Positions 45,748 to 54,827 are shown, counted from the stretch's first letter. The stretch is 64,000 nucleotides of DNA from an uncultured Clostridia bacterium (GCA_937885695.1 CALABP010000055.1:22316-86315), one strand, 5' to 3'. Notes: generated by a model not told the origin, from the letters alone. Made by a program: numbers and translations.

Positions 45748-47823
45748 TTGTATTGCTCAAAGTGCGGAAATGAGGTTAATCCCAATCACAAGTTTTGCAG
45801 TAAGTGCGGAACACCCGTTACGGTTGCTGTTGTGCCGCAAACAGTTAAAACTGCCGCTCAAAGCGCCGACTCGGAAGCATACATTTCTTGTGAGCCGGAA
45901 GAAACCGCTTCTTTAAATGAAGAATTACAGAGTGACAGCGGTGTTTATGTAAGCCGCGCATACACTTATTCGGTGCGCTCTTGCGATGAAAATAAAGATT
46001 TGCAGGAAGACGGCGACATCTGCGAAACAGAGCCGTTATATCAAAGCGACATCGGCGAAACAGAGTTGCTGTATCAAAATAATATCGGCGAATCCGATAT
46101 AAACGGTGATATTACAGAAACCGAGGTTCTCAATCAACCGGAAAAAAGTGAAAGTTATGTTACCGACAGCACAGACGAAAGTGAGCCGCCGCTTCAAAAT
46201 GCGCCGTACAGCAACGCTTATACAATTCCCCAAAACAATGCCACGTCATACGGCGGTACAGATTATAAGAACAATGCGAACTTTCAGTCGAATTATGTTA
46301 ATAACAGACCTTCCGACACAAGAAAAAAAGCGCCTGCAAACAAGGCGATAAAAAGCGGCGCTATAATAATTATCATCTTTATATGTGTTGCCGTTATCGG
46401 GACTGCCGCATATATTCTTTTCGGCAATTCAAGAAAAAGTAACGATGAAATGACAAAAGCGCTCGAATCGCGCAACGCATACGCAGTCAACAGTCTTTAT
46501 AATGAAGCTTTTGACAATGAAAAACTAAAGAGTGAGTACGATAACACAATTCGCATTTTTTTGACCGAAGCCGTGTACCGTATGAAAGACCTCAGGTATA
46601 ACGCAAGCGATATTGCCGATTTGGGCGAAGAGATTGTTTACAGCGACCTCAAATCCGAATGGGGCGACTTAATCTATTCCGAAAACGGCGCTTGCATCAG
46701 TTTAAGCATTAACAGTGACGAAAACAACGCCCTGTGGGTAAAGCTTAAAGACATAATTATCTCTAAAACGCACTATTGCCAAGGTGTTGTATTTTTGAAT
46801 GCGGGTTCTGTCGAAAGTGCCGTAACGAGTTTTAAATCCGTTATTAGGGATGACTGTTATTATCACGACGCAGACGACGGACTTGAAAAATGTGTTGATT
46901 TGTATTTGGAAGAAACATTTAAAGAGGCCGAAGACCTTGCTTCAAACGGCGATTTTGACGGTGCTGTCATGACAATAGAAGGTCGGCGGGCATCTTTTGA
47001 GACAATGGGACTCACAAGTGCGGATACATCTGCCAAGTTGGATGACGAAAAAACAAAATGCGCCGATATTTATATTGAAAAAACGCTTAATAAAGCAGAG
47101 AATTATGCATTTTCAAATGATTGCGACAGTGCATTGGAGCTTTATGATTCTGTTTTAAGGTCAATTAAAAATGCCGGTATTGAGTCAGAGCATATAGACG
47201 ATTTGCTGACAACGACAAAAACAACCTGTGCCGAGCACTTTGCAAATAATGCGGATAATTGCCTGTCTAACGGAGATGTCGACGGAGCCATCGACAATAT
47301 GGAAAAGGCACTGCGCTTTTTGCCGGACGAGCAGTCATATAAAGAAAAGCTCGAGTCGTACCCTTTATATCAGCCAAAGTTTTTGTATAACGAATATGAG
47401 TGTCTGAGTATTAACGAGAGCGATGAATATTACAGCAACTTGGAGTTCGGCAGATACAGCGTTATGTCAAACGACGGTCAAGATATGAGCAACTGCATTA
47501 CATGGAGCAATTACCGCGAGGGCGAGGGCTATAATGCTTCTTTTACAGTGAGATATAATCTGGATTGTAACTATGATATTTTAAGCGGAACGTTTTTTCT
47601 GACACAGCAAAGTAAAAACACCGACCAAAGCGGGTATTTTGAAATTTACGGCGACGGCACCGAGCTTTATTACTCCGGTAATATGACAAAAGGTGTGCTT
47701 CCCGAGTACTTTGAGATTTCCGTGTCAGACGTAAGTTGCCTTGAAATTGTTATTTATGCCGACTGCGGTCCGACGTTCGGCATAAGCGAGCTTACGGCTT
47801 TAAAAAGTCTGCCGGAGCAATAA
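45748..47823 (+). CDS. Zinc-ribbon membrane protein: cytoplasmic zinc ribbon plus acidic repeats, one TM helix, a helical-repeat ectodomain and a C-terminal NPCBM-like beta-sandwich
   Basis: TTG 45748 (or 45742) behind AAGGAG. YCSKCGNEVNPNHKFCSKCG. Repeats ETEPLYQSDIGETELLYQNNIGE. TM segment GAIIIIIFICVAVIGTAAYILFG. Confidence 0.6.
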   Translation: MYCSKCGNEVNPNHKFCSKCGTPVTVAVVPQTVKTAAQSADSEAYISCEPEETASLNEELQSDSGVYVSRAYTYSVRSCDENKDLQEDGDICETEPLYQSDIGETELLYQNNIGESDINGDITETEVLNQPEKSESYVTDSTDESEPPLQNAPYSNAYTIPQNNATSYGGTDYKNNANFQSNYVNNRPSDTRKKAPANKAIKSGAIIIIIFICVAVIGTAAYILFGNSRKSNDEMTKALESRNAYAVNSLYNEAFDNEKLKSEYDNTIRIFLTEAVYRMKDLRYNASDIADLGEEIVYSDLKSEWGDLIYSENGACISLSINSDENNALWVKLKDIIISKTHYCQGVVFLNAGSVESAVTSFKSVIRDDCYYHDADDGLEKCVDLYLEETFKEAEDLASNGDFDGAVMTIEGRRASFETMGLTSADTSAKLDDEKTKCADIYIEKTLNKAENYAFSNDCDSALELYDSVLRSIKNAGIESEHIDDLLTTTKTTCAEHFANNADNCLSNGDVDGAIDNMEKALRFLPDEQSYKEKLESYPLYQPKFLYNEYECLSINESDEYYSNLEFGRYSVMSNDGQDMSNCITWSNYREGEGYNASFTVRYNLDCNYDILSGTFFLTQQSKNTDQSGYFEIYGDGTELYYSGNMTKGVLPEYFEISVSDVSCLEIVIYADCGPTFGISELTALKSLPEQ

Positions 47824-47889
47824 ACGATGGTTTTTAGTAATTAAAGCCGACGGTTTTGCCGCCGACTTGGAATAAGGAAGGTATTTAAT

Positions 47890-48381
47890 ATGAAAATTTG
47901 TCCGAATTGTAACACTCCGCTTTCAGATGACGCATTGTTTTGCACAAACTGCGGTGCGCAGTTTACGGCGCAAAGTTCAGCCCAATACAGCGGGACTTAT
48001 ACTCAGCCGCAGCAAACCTATGCCCCGACAACGGATATATACGACCACACAAACGAGTTTAGCCAAAAGGATATTTCCGACAACAAAGTTTTTGCAATGC
48101 TCGGTTATTTACTCGGCGTATTCGGCATAATAATTGCACTGCTTGCAAGCCATTCATCCGAATACACAATGTTCCATGTTCGCCAGGCGTTAAAGCTGCT
48201 TGTTGCAAATATTTTGCTCGGTTTGTGCAGTGCTCTGCTTTTTTGGACGCTTATTGTTCCGGTTGCAGCGGGAATTATGACAATAGTTCTTGCGGTTATT
48301 AAAATTATCTGCTTCTTCCAAGTTTGCTCGGGCAAAGCAAAAGAGCCTGCAATAATCCGTAACCTTAAATTCTTAAAATAA
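47890..48381 (+). CDS. Zinc-ribbon plus DUF4870-like three-TM membrane protein
   Basis: CPNCNTPLSDDALFCTNCG. FAMLGYLLGVFGIIIALLA...HVRQALKLLV resembles DUF4870. Confidence 0.6.
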   Translation: MKICPNCNTPLSDDALFCTNCGAQFTAQSSAQYSGTYTQPQQTYAPTTDIYDHTNEFSQKDISDNKVFAMLGYLLGVFGIIIALLASHSSEYTMFHVRQALKLLVANILLGLCSALLFWTLIVPVAAGIMTIVLAVIKIICFFQVCSGKAKEPAIIRNLKFLK

Positions 48382-48413
48382 TCATTTTGATTCCTCTCAA
48401 ATTTGCGGCACGT

Positions 48414-48450
48414 CCCGTCCGAAACGCTGTTTCGGGCGGGCGATTTTTTT
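48414..48450 (+). terminator. Rho-independent terminator
   Basis: CCCGTCCGAAAC pairs with GTTTCGGGCGGG, then CGATTTTTTT. Confidence 0.8.
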
Positions 48451-48591
48451 GAGGAGAAAGAAGAATTGAAGTGTGTGGGGGAATGTGTTTTCACCGTTTT
48501 TTGCGCAGAAAAGTATAGCCCGCACAAAAAAGCGTGGCGGGGCATTTTAAGGCGTGTCAATTTGCGGCTTTTTGCAAAGTAAGTTTATTTT

Positions 48592-48659
48592 CTTTCTTCC
48601 TTCCTTACTTACTTCCTTCCTTCCTTACTTACTTACTTACTTACTTTCTCGCTTTCTTC
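48592..48659 (+). repeat. Tetranucleotide tract of 17 in-phase CTTN units
   Basis: CTTT CTTC CTTC CTTA CTTA CTTC CTTC CTTC CTTA CTTA CTTA CTTA CTTA CTTT CTCG CTTT CTTC. Confidence 0.9.
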
Positions 48660-48862
48660 CCGCCTTTTTCTTTCGCAATTTGAAATTTTTTTCAGAAAAA
48701 CGAAATGTGAAATTAACATATTCTATCTTTAAAGTCAAGGCTTGTTTCAAGGTTTTTTGTGTGGTATTTAATATGTGCGTGTAAACGGGGTTATTGATTA
48801 ATTCTGCTTTTTTGCCGTTTCAAAAGACTGCCGTTTACAAAAAAGCGAAAGGACTGTTTATT

Positions 48863-49768
48863 ATGAAAGAAAATCTTACGGCGCTTATGAGTGCATTTTT
48901 GCGCGCATGGCATTTTGAAAGAAGTGAGTCGCCTGTTTTTTGCGACAGATACGCGTCACAGCTTTTATCGGAGGACTTTTTAGGCGTTGCAGAAGAGCTT
49001 AAAAAGGGGATACGCTTTTTAAAGCCCGATTTTAAATGCAGCGGCGAATTTGTTACCGACGGCGAGCTTGACGCGGTGCTTAACGAAACGCTTTCGGGCG
49101 CAGTGCTTTCAAGAAGTGCATTTTTTGAGCGCGCGCTCAAATGTGAAATGCGGCTCGGTGCAAAACAGGCCGTTATGCTCGGCGCGGGGTATGACACATT
49201 TTCGCTTTCTTCGGGCGAAAATATGACAGTTTTTGAAGTTGACCGCGAAAAGCTTTTCAGCGATAAACTCGAAAGAGCGAAAAAAGCGGGGCTTTCATTC
49301 GGCGAAAACGTATTCTTTTTGCCGATTGATATGGAAAGCCCAAAGGAAATAGAAAAAATAAGCGCTCACCCTGCCTTTTCAAAAGAAAAAAAGACGGTGT
49401 TTTCGGCGCTCGGTGCGGTGCAGTATCTTTCGCGCGAGGGACTTTTTAATATGCTTTCGGGTATTGCAAAAATTGCGTGCGAAGGGAGCGCGTTGGTGCT
49501 CGATTTTGAAGAGCCGCGTGAAAAAACAAAAGAATCCGAAATGGCGCGTTCTGCGGGCGAAGCCATGACGGGCGGCGTTTCCGAAATATATCTGACAAAA
49601 ATTTTAGAGGATTTGGGATTTATAGTAACAGAATGTCTTGACGGCGAAGAGCTTTCGCGCGAATTTTTCAGCCTTTACAATACGCTTTATCCCAATAAAA
49701 AGCTTAACTGCCGAAAGAGCGTTAAGTGTCTTTCGGCAGTCAAGAAGTTCTTAGTGTCGGTCGGTTGA
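48863..49768 (+). CDS. Class I SAM-dependent methyltransferase (leucine carboxyl / TIGR00027-like O-methyltransferase family)
   Basis: Start moved to MKENLTALMSAFLRAWH. AVMLGAGYDTF SAM-binding motif. Confidence 0.65.
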   Translation: MKENLTALMSAFLRAWHFERSESPVFCDRYASQLLSEDFLGVAEELKKGIRFLKPDFKCSGEFVTDGELDAVLNETLSGAVLSRSAFFERALKCEMRLGAKQAVMLGAGYDTFSLSSGENMTVFEVDREKLFSDKLERAKKAGLSFGENVFFLPIDMESPKEIEKISAHPAFSKEKKTVFSALGAVQYLSREGLFNMLSGIAKIACEGSALVLDFEEPREKTKESEMARSAGEAMTGGVSEIYLTKILEDLGFIVTECLDGEELSREFFSLYNTLYPNKKLNCRKSVKCLSAVKKFLVSVG

Positions 49769-49792
49769 TTTGCGGTGCGGCTGCGTTTTTCT

Positions 49793-51631
49793 TTATTCGC
49801 TTAACACCGTGCCGTCCGCAAGCGTTATTGTATAGCCGTTAAAGTTGATTGTTCCGTAGTTTTCAAGCGAAGAAACGGTACAGTTGCCCGTAAGATTCAT
49901 AACAGAGCCTTCGCCGACGGTTAATACGGCGTTGTTATTTACCTTTTCGCCGTTCTGTGCATTTTCGACTATATTAATTGTGCCCGTAAACGTGGAGTTT
50001 GTAAGCGTCATTTCGAGCGTTGAAATGCTGTCCACAACAATATTTCCCGCGAGCGTCTGTGAGTCTGCGGTAAATTCAACCTGAGCGCCGTTTTTGCCTG
50101 CAGTGCCCCACCCGTGCGAAGCAGAGTTGCCGCACACGTTAAGAAGATAGCCGTCAGAGTCGGCGTTTGTAATTTCAACGCCTGAAAGCTTTATTATGCA
50201 GTGCGTGTTTGTTACATAGAACATATCGCCGTTTTTTGAAATAAGCTTTCCGCCTGTCATTGAAAACTCGGATGTGCCGACGTCGGCGTCGCCCGACATT
50301 GACTGATATATCATAACATTGTGAACGTTTTCGTCGGAGCTTGAGCCTTTTGTGTCGCTCATATTGCCCTGTACCGTGCAGTTTTCAAGCGTTATTGAGT
50401 TTTTGCCTTCTATTACAAGCGCCTCGGAATTATTCGCGGTAAGCGCGGCGTTTTTAACGGTGATTGCGGCTGTTGAATAAACGGCGGGGGAGTTATAGCC
50501 GTTTGAAGTGTATGTGCCGCCGTCTACAGATACGGTGCCGCCGCCTCTGTCGGAGCGAATCGCCGCAGAAGAGTTGCCCGAAGTAGTTACTGTCAGATTT
50601 TTGGCGTTTGTTGTGCCGCCGCCCGTTGTCTGTATGCCGCCCGAGTTGTCGGCGGAGGTTGTTATTGTTGTGTTTGAAATATTAACGGTTGTGCCGCTTC
50701 CGTAACTGAAAATTCCGTTGCCGTTTTTGGCAGAAGATGTGACGGTTGAGTTCTTAATTGTAAGCGTGGCGCCGTTTTTTGCAAGCAGAGCCGCATTAAC
50801 TCCGTAAAAATCGCCGCTTTCGGTGTTTGAGGACGCACCGCCCGTTTTTTCAACGGTAACGCCGTCAAGAGTTATTTCCGCTCCGTCTGCAAGCAGTGCG
50901 TTTTCGTCGTCTCCCGAGGACGAGTAAGTTACATTTGAAACGCTTTTGTTTTCGTTAATTGTGTTTGCGGCACTGCCGCTTACTTCGCTTTGCGAGCCGC
51001 CGAAACCGCCCTGAGACGGCGCGCCTGAGTTCATAAGGTTTATTACAGTCACTGAGACCGCGGTGCTTTTTCCGTCTGTTTCAACAGTCAGCACAGTGCC
51101 GACTGTTATGTCAGAAAGCTCTGTCTTTTCGGAGCTTTCTGAGGTTATTGCGGCGTTTTTAAATTCAAGCGTTACGCTCTCGCTGCCCGCAGTAAAGATT
51201 TTAAAGCCGCTTTCGCCGTCGGGCTTTTCGGGCGGTGTGCCTTGCTCATTGCCGCTTTCGCCGTCGGGCTTTTCGGGCGGTGTGCCTTGCTCGTTGCCGC
51301 TTTCACCGTCGGGCTTTTCGGGCGGTGTGCCTTGCTCATTGCCGCTTTCGTTGTCGGGCTTTTCGGGCGGTGTGCCTTGCTCGTTGCCGCTTTCACCGTC
51401 GGGCTTTTCGGACGGCGTGCCTTGCGCATTGCCGCTTTCGCCGTCGGGCTTTTCAGGCGGTGTTTGTGCATCGCCTGTGGCTTCGGTTATTTCGCCGAGC
51501 AAAAGTGTGATTTTTGTTCCGTCGATTTTTGTGACTTTTCCCGTCACGGTCTTTTTCTCTGTACTTCCCGTGCAGGAGCAAAGCATCAAAATCATTGCAA
51601 GTGCACATATAATTGCCGTCAGCTTTTTCAT
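49793..51631 (-). CDS. Lipoprotein with six 15-aa tandem repeats and a parallel beta-helix-like carbohydrate-binding region (Cthe_2159-like)
   Basis: Signal peptide plus lipobox (LMLCSC). (GESGNEQGTPPEKPD)x6. The C-terminal 400 aa are a T/S/G/N-rich periodic sequence typical of beta-helix proteins. Confidence 0.6.
   Translation of the reverse strand: MKKLTAIICALAMILMLCSCTGSTEKKTVTGKVTKIDGTKITLLLGEITEATGDAQTPPEKPDGESGNAQGTPSEKPDGESGNEQGTPPEKPDNESGNEQGTPPEKPDGESGNEQGTPPEKPDGESGNEQGTPPEKPDGESGFKIFTAGSESVTLEFKNAAITSESSEKTELSDITVGTVLTVETDGKSTAVSVTVINLMNSGAPSQGGFGGSQSEVSGSAANTINENKSVSNVTYSSSGDDENALLADGAEITLDGVTVEKTGGASSNTESGDFYGVNAALLAKNGATLTIKNSTVTSSAKNGNGIFSYGSGTTVNISNTTITTSADNSGGIQTTGGGTTNAKNLTVTTSGNSSAAIRSDRGGGTVSVDGGTYTSNGYNSPAVYSTAAITVKNAALTANNSEALVIEGKNSITLENCTVQGNMSDTKGSSSDENVHNVMIYQSMSGDADVGTSEFSMTGGKLISKNGDMFYVTNTHCIIKLSGVEITNADSDGYLLNVCGNSASHGWGTAGKNGAQVEFTADSQTLAGNIVVDSISTLEMTLTNSTFTGTINIVENAQNGEKVNNNAVLTVGEGSVMNLTGNCTVSSLENYGTINFNGYTITLADGTVLSE
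51206..51470 (-). repeat. Near-perfect 45-bp tandem repeats (about 6 copies) inside the lipoprotein gene
   Basis: Plus-strand unit GCCGCTTTCGCCGTCGGGCTTTTCGGGCGGTGTGCCTTGCTCATT is reiterated with only a few substitutions. Confidence 0.9.
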
Positions 51632-51648
51632 GGTATTTCCTGCCTTTC

Positions 51649-53457
51649 TTATGTGTTGCCCGGGTTTTCTTCTGAATCCGGGTTTTGCTTTTGTCCGTTA
51701 TTTTCTGTCGGTTCTTTTTTGCCGAAGTTTCTTTCTGCGCCGTTCATAGTGCCCATATCGGAAATTGTTACCGAGGAAGCGTCTATAAATGACGAATTGT
51801 CTTCTTTTTGACCGTCGGCGGTTGAGGGAATTGCTCCCGAAAGCTGTGCTTTAACACTTTCTGCCCTTAAAAGGCAAAATTCTTTGAGCGTATCAACGCC
51901 CTTTAAAAACTCGTCGTAGGTGCAAAATTTTGTGGGGTCTTTTTCGACATAGGGCGAAATCATTTCTTTAACGCTTTCGACAGTTTCCGAAAACTTGCCG
52001 CTGTCAAAATAATTTGTAATAAATTCATTAAAGCATTCGTGATATTTTTCGGTATATTCTTCGCTTTCAAATATCCAGTTAAGCATCGGCCTTGACTGAA
52101 GCGTTCCGCCGAAAACGGGCGTGTCTATCGGGTAGTTTACAAGCGTTGTTGCGTCTCCCGAGTTGCCAAACCCGCCGAAAGCCAGGTTATAATCCCACGG
52201 AATCATCGAAAGCTTGCCGTCTTTTTCATAAAGATAATAGTTGTGAATCATTGAGCCTGTGTAGCTGTCAAAATTGCAGACAAAGTTGTGAACCGTAAAA
52301 TATTTTATTACTTCGTCCGTATCGACCGTGCTTTCGATATTTTCATTATTGCCGAGGTTTTTAAGCGCGTTTATAAGACGCGTTTTGTCTTTTTCGGTTA
52401 TGTCGGTTTTGGCGTTGTCAAAAATATTTGAGTAGCTTTCGGGGCCGTCGTCGGTGTAAATAAGAGATATATCGCTTTGCGTGCGAACGCCCGCGCCGTC
52501 AGCACCGTTGTTTTCGGGCGTAAAGCCGCCCGCGCCGCCATTCCCGATATCGGGCGGTGTGAAGTCCGAGTTATCACTCTCGCTGTCAGGCTTTTTGGGC
52601 GGTGTACCCTGCGAAGCGCCGTTTTCGGCATTTCCGATATCAGGCGGTGTGAAGCCGGAATTACCGTTTTCATCGCTCGGCATTTCGGGCGGGGAACCTC
52701 TGTTGTCGCCGTTGCTTCCCGGCGGCGTGAAATCACGATTGCCGTTTTCGTTGTCGGGCATTTCGGGCGGCGTGCCGTTTTCGCCGTCAGCCGTTTTGTT
52801 TTCGTCAAAATCTTTGCCGTTGCCTTTGCCGCCGCATGCATCGGTTGAATCGGGCTTATAAAGCTCGCCGTAATCAGAGTCGAAATTTCTTTCAAGAAAG
52901 CCTTCTTCAACGCCCTCAACCGCAAGATAAAGTCCCCAATCCTCGCCGTTTACTGTGATATAGGCATAGCTGCAAAGAGGCGAAGCCGCGCCGCAAAAGA
53001 GCATCATTTGGTATGAAAGATAGTCTTTCATATAAGTATTGTCCTGAATGATGTTGTTAAGACTTATTTTGTCAAGTCCGTGATATGTTTTTGTGCTGTC
53101 GTATTTGTCAAATTCGATTTTAAAGCTGTATCTGTCATTGCCGTAGTTTTTCACTTGTGAAAGCGATGTGTTGCCCTTTGCCCTTATGCCGACGTTTTTA
53201 TAGCTTTCGCCGTCTATAACGACCGCGCACAATTCATATTCTTCGTTTTCGCATTCCGAAATGAAGCCCTCCCAATCGTCCATAACTATATCTATTGTGT
53301 GAACCTTTGAGGTGTCAAACAGAAGCTTTTCATAAGCCGAGGCTGACAGAGCCGTTATTAAACCGTTGTTTTTTGCGAAGCAAAGCAACGCGGTGATTAC
53401 CATTGAAACAGCAAGCGCGATACAGCAAATTTTGTTTATGTGCTTACTTGTTGACAT
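51649..53457 (-). CDS. CotH-family atypical protein kinase, membrane-anchored, with a Pro-rich repeat insertion
   Basis: N-terminal TM anchor (ICCIALAVSMVITALLCF). CotH blocks: YHGLDKISLNNIIQDNTYMKDYLSYQMM, WGLYLAVEGVEEGFLERNF, GELYKPD, HNYYLY, IPWDYNLAFG. Confidence 0.8.
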   Translation of the reverse strand: MSTSKHINKICCIALAVSMVITALLCFAKNNGLITALSASAYEKLLFDTSKVHTIDIVMDDWEGFISECENEEYELCAVVIDGESYKNVGIRAKGNTSLSQVKNYGNDRYSFKIEFDKYDSTKTYHGLDKISLNNIIQDNTYMKDYLSYQMMLFCGAASPLCSYAYITVNGEDWGLYLAVEGVEEGFLERNFDSDYGELYKPDSTDACGGKGNGKDFDENKTADGENGTPPEMPDNENGNRDFTPPGSNGDNRGSPPEMPSDENGNSGFTPPDIGNAENGASQGTPPKKPDSESDNSDFTPPDIGNGGAGGFTPENNGADGAGVRTQSDISLIYTDDGPESYSNIFDNAKTDITEKDKTRLINALKNLGNNENIESTVDTDEVIKYFTVHNFVCNFDSYTGSMIHNYYLYEKDGKLSMIPWDYNLAFGGFGNSGDATTLVNYPIDTPVFGGTLQSRPMLNWIFESEEYTEKYHECFNEFITNYFDSGKFSETVESVKEMISPYVEKDPTKFCTYDEFLKGVDTLKEFCLLRAESVKAQLSGAIPSTADGQKEDNSSFIDASSVTISDMGTMNGAERNFGKKEPTENNGQKQNPDSEENPGNT

Positions 53458-53461
53458 TAAA

Positions 53462-54136
53462 TCACCCCATATAAGAGCCGTTGTAGCTTACAAGTACGGC
53501 GCTTTCCACGCCCGGCATTTGCGAGAGCGCGTTTATAAAATCGGTGTTGTCATCTTTAACGCGAATCTCGGCGTTGATTTCGACGCTTCCTGCGCGCGCG
53601 GTTTTGCTTTTTATTACACAGCGCTTTACCTGCTCTTTAAGAAACTTTGAAGCATTCTTTTCGCTGTCGCCGTCAGCGCAGCGAAGCACAACTATGTAAG
53701 GATTGCAGTGCGGTTTTTTGTTTGCAAAAACAAGAAGCATAACGCCTATAAACGCACTGCCGAATACCGCCAGCGGAATCATTCCCGCGGCAAGCACAAT
53801 GCCTGCGGCTATTGCCCAGAAAAGAAACGCAAGGTCAAGCGGTTCTTTTATTGCAGAGCGAAAGCGTACTATCGAAAGCGCGCCGACCATGCCGAGCGAA
53901 AGCACTACGTTTGACGTTACGGCAAGTATTACAAACGTTGATATTTCGGTAAGCGCCACAAGCGTTACGCCGAAAGAGGACGAATACATAACGCCCGAAA
54001 ACGTCTTTTTATAGATGAAAAATATGAACATTCCTATGCCGAATGAAAGCACAAGTGCAATTACCGCGTCAAGAATGCTTACGCTTGTAAAGTTTTCAAG
54101 AAAGTTTGATTTGAATATATCGCTGAAGCTTGTCAT
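53462..54136 (-). CDS. DUF4956-domain membrane protein
   Basis: 4-5 TM helices and the family-typical SIVRFRSAIKEPLDLAFLFWAIAAGI block. Confidence 0.7.
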   Translation of the reverse strand: MTSFSDIFKSNFLENFTSVSILDAVIALVLSFGIGMFIFFIYKKTFSGVMYSSSFGVTLVALTEISTFVILAVTSNVVLSLGMVGALSIVRFRSAIKEPLDLAFLFWAIAAGIVLAAGMIPLAVFGSAFIGVMLLVFANKKPHCNPYIVVLRCADGDSEKNASKFLKEQVKRCVIKSKTARAGSVEINAEIRVKDDNTDFINALSQMPGVESAVLVSYNGSYMG

Positions 54137-54158
54137 AAAAATTCCTCCAATGTATTTG

Positions 54159-54827
54159 TTATATGATACGGCTTGCGGCGTATTTTGAATATGCCGAAGT
54201 TACCGTGCCGTTTGTGGCGGTTGCGTGCTTGATTATGTCGGGAAGAAACCCGTCAAATTTGATTTCGAGAATAATCGGGTCGTCTTCTACGGGAAGAGTA
54301 GGGGAGTTGCTGTCAAAAAAATCTTCCGGGAAAGCACTGCTTCGTATGTTTGAGTCTATCGTCACCCTTACGTTTCCCGCGGGGTATGTGAACGCTTCGC
54401 GGCGGTAGTCGACAATCGCTTTGGGAAACAGTCCTTCCGTTTTGCGCTTTAAATAAAGCTCGTTTAAAAGCGGATTGCCGCCCTCTTTAAAAAAGCGTGT
54501 GCCGTCCGACAAAAGCTCGCGCGCTTCGCTTTCGGTTATTACAGCCTGTTCTTTTTTGCAAAGATTATATACCTTGATTTTCTTTTCAAGAACGATATAT
54601 GAAAGGTCGCCGTTGTAATATCTGATTCTGAATTTTTCGCGCGACGGAACTCCGTCAAGCTTTTCTCTTAAAGCTTTGTCGTTTGCGTTGTCAAAGTACA
54701 GACTTCGTATGAAATATACGCCGTCTTTTGCGTGCACGTCGGGCGTTGCTATAAGCGAAAGCCGCGATTTTATTGCAAGTGCGTCGCTCGGGGTAATTCT
54801 GTGTTTTAATTCGTGCCTTAAATCCAC
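54159..54827 (-). CDS. VTC-domain (polyphosphate-polymerase-type triphosphate tunnel) protein
   Basis: GTG 54827 behind AAGGAG gives (M)DLRHELKHRI. RSLYFDN...REKFRIRYYNG...VLEKK matches bacterial VTC-domain proteins. Confidence 0.7.
   Translation of the reverse strand: MDLRHELKHRITPSDALAIKSRLSLIATPDVHAKDGVYFIRSLYFDNANDKALREKLDGVPSREKFRIRYYNGDLSYIVLEKKIKVYNLCKKEQAVITESEARELLSDGTRFFKEGGNPLLNELYLKRKTEGLFPKAIVDYRREAFTYPAGNVRVTIDSNIRSSAFPEDFFDSNSPTLPVEDDPIILEIKFDGFLPDIIKHATATNGTVTSAYSKYAASRII

Noticed and set aside
48554-48784. 76-aa ORF (FFLPSLLTSFLPYLLTYLLS...).
   Set aside because: Its sequence is just the translation of the CTTN tetranucleotide tract, and it has no SD.
51063-51811. Several plus- and minus-strand ORFs (228, 189, 99 and 91 aa) with highly repetitive translations.
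   Set aside because: They are out-of-frame or antisense readings of the 45-bp tandem repeats inside the lipoprotein gene.
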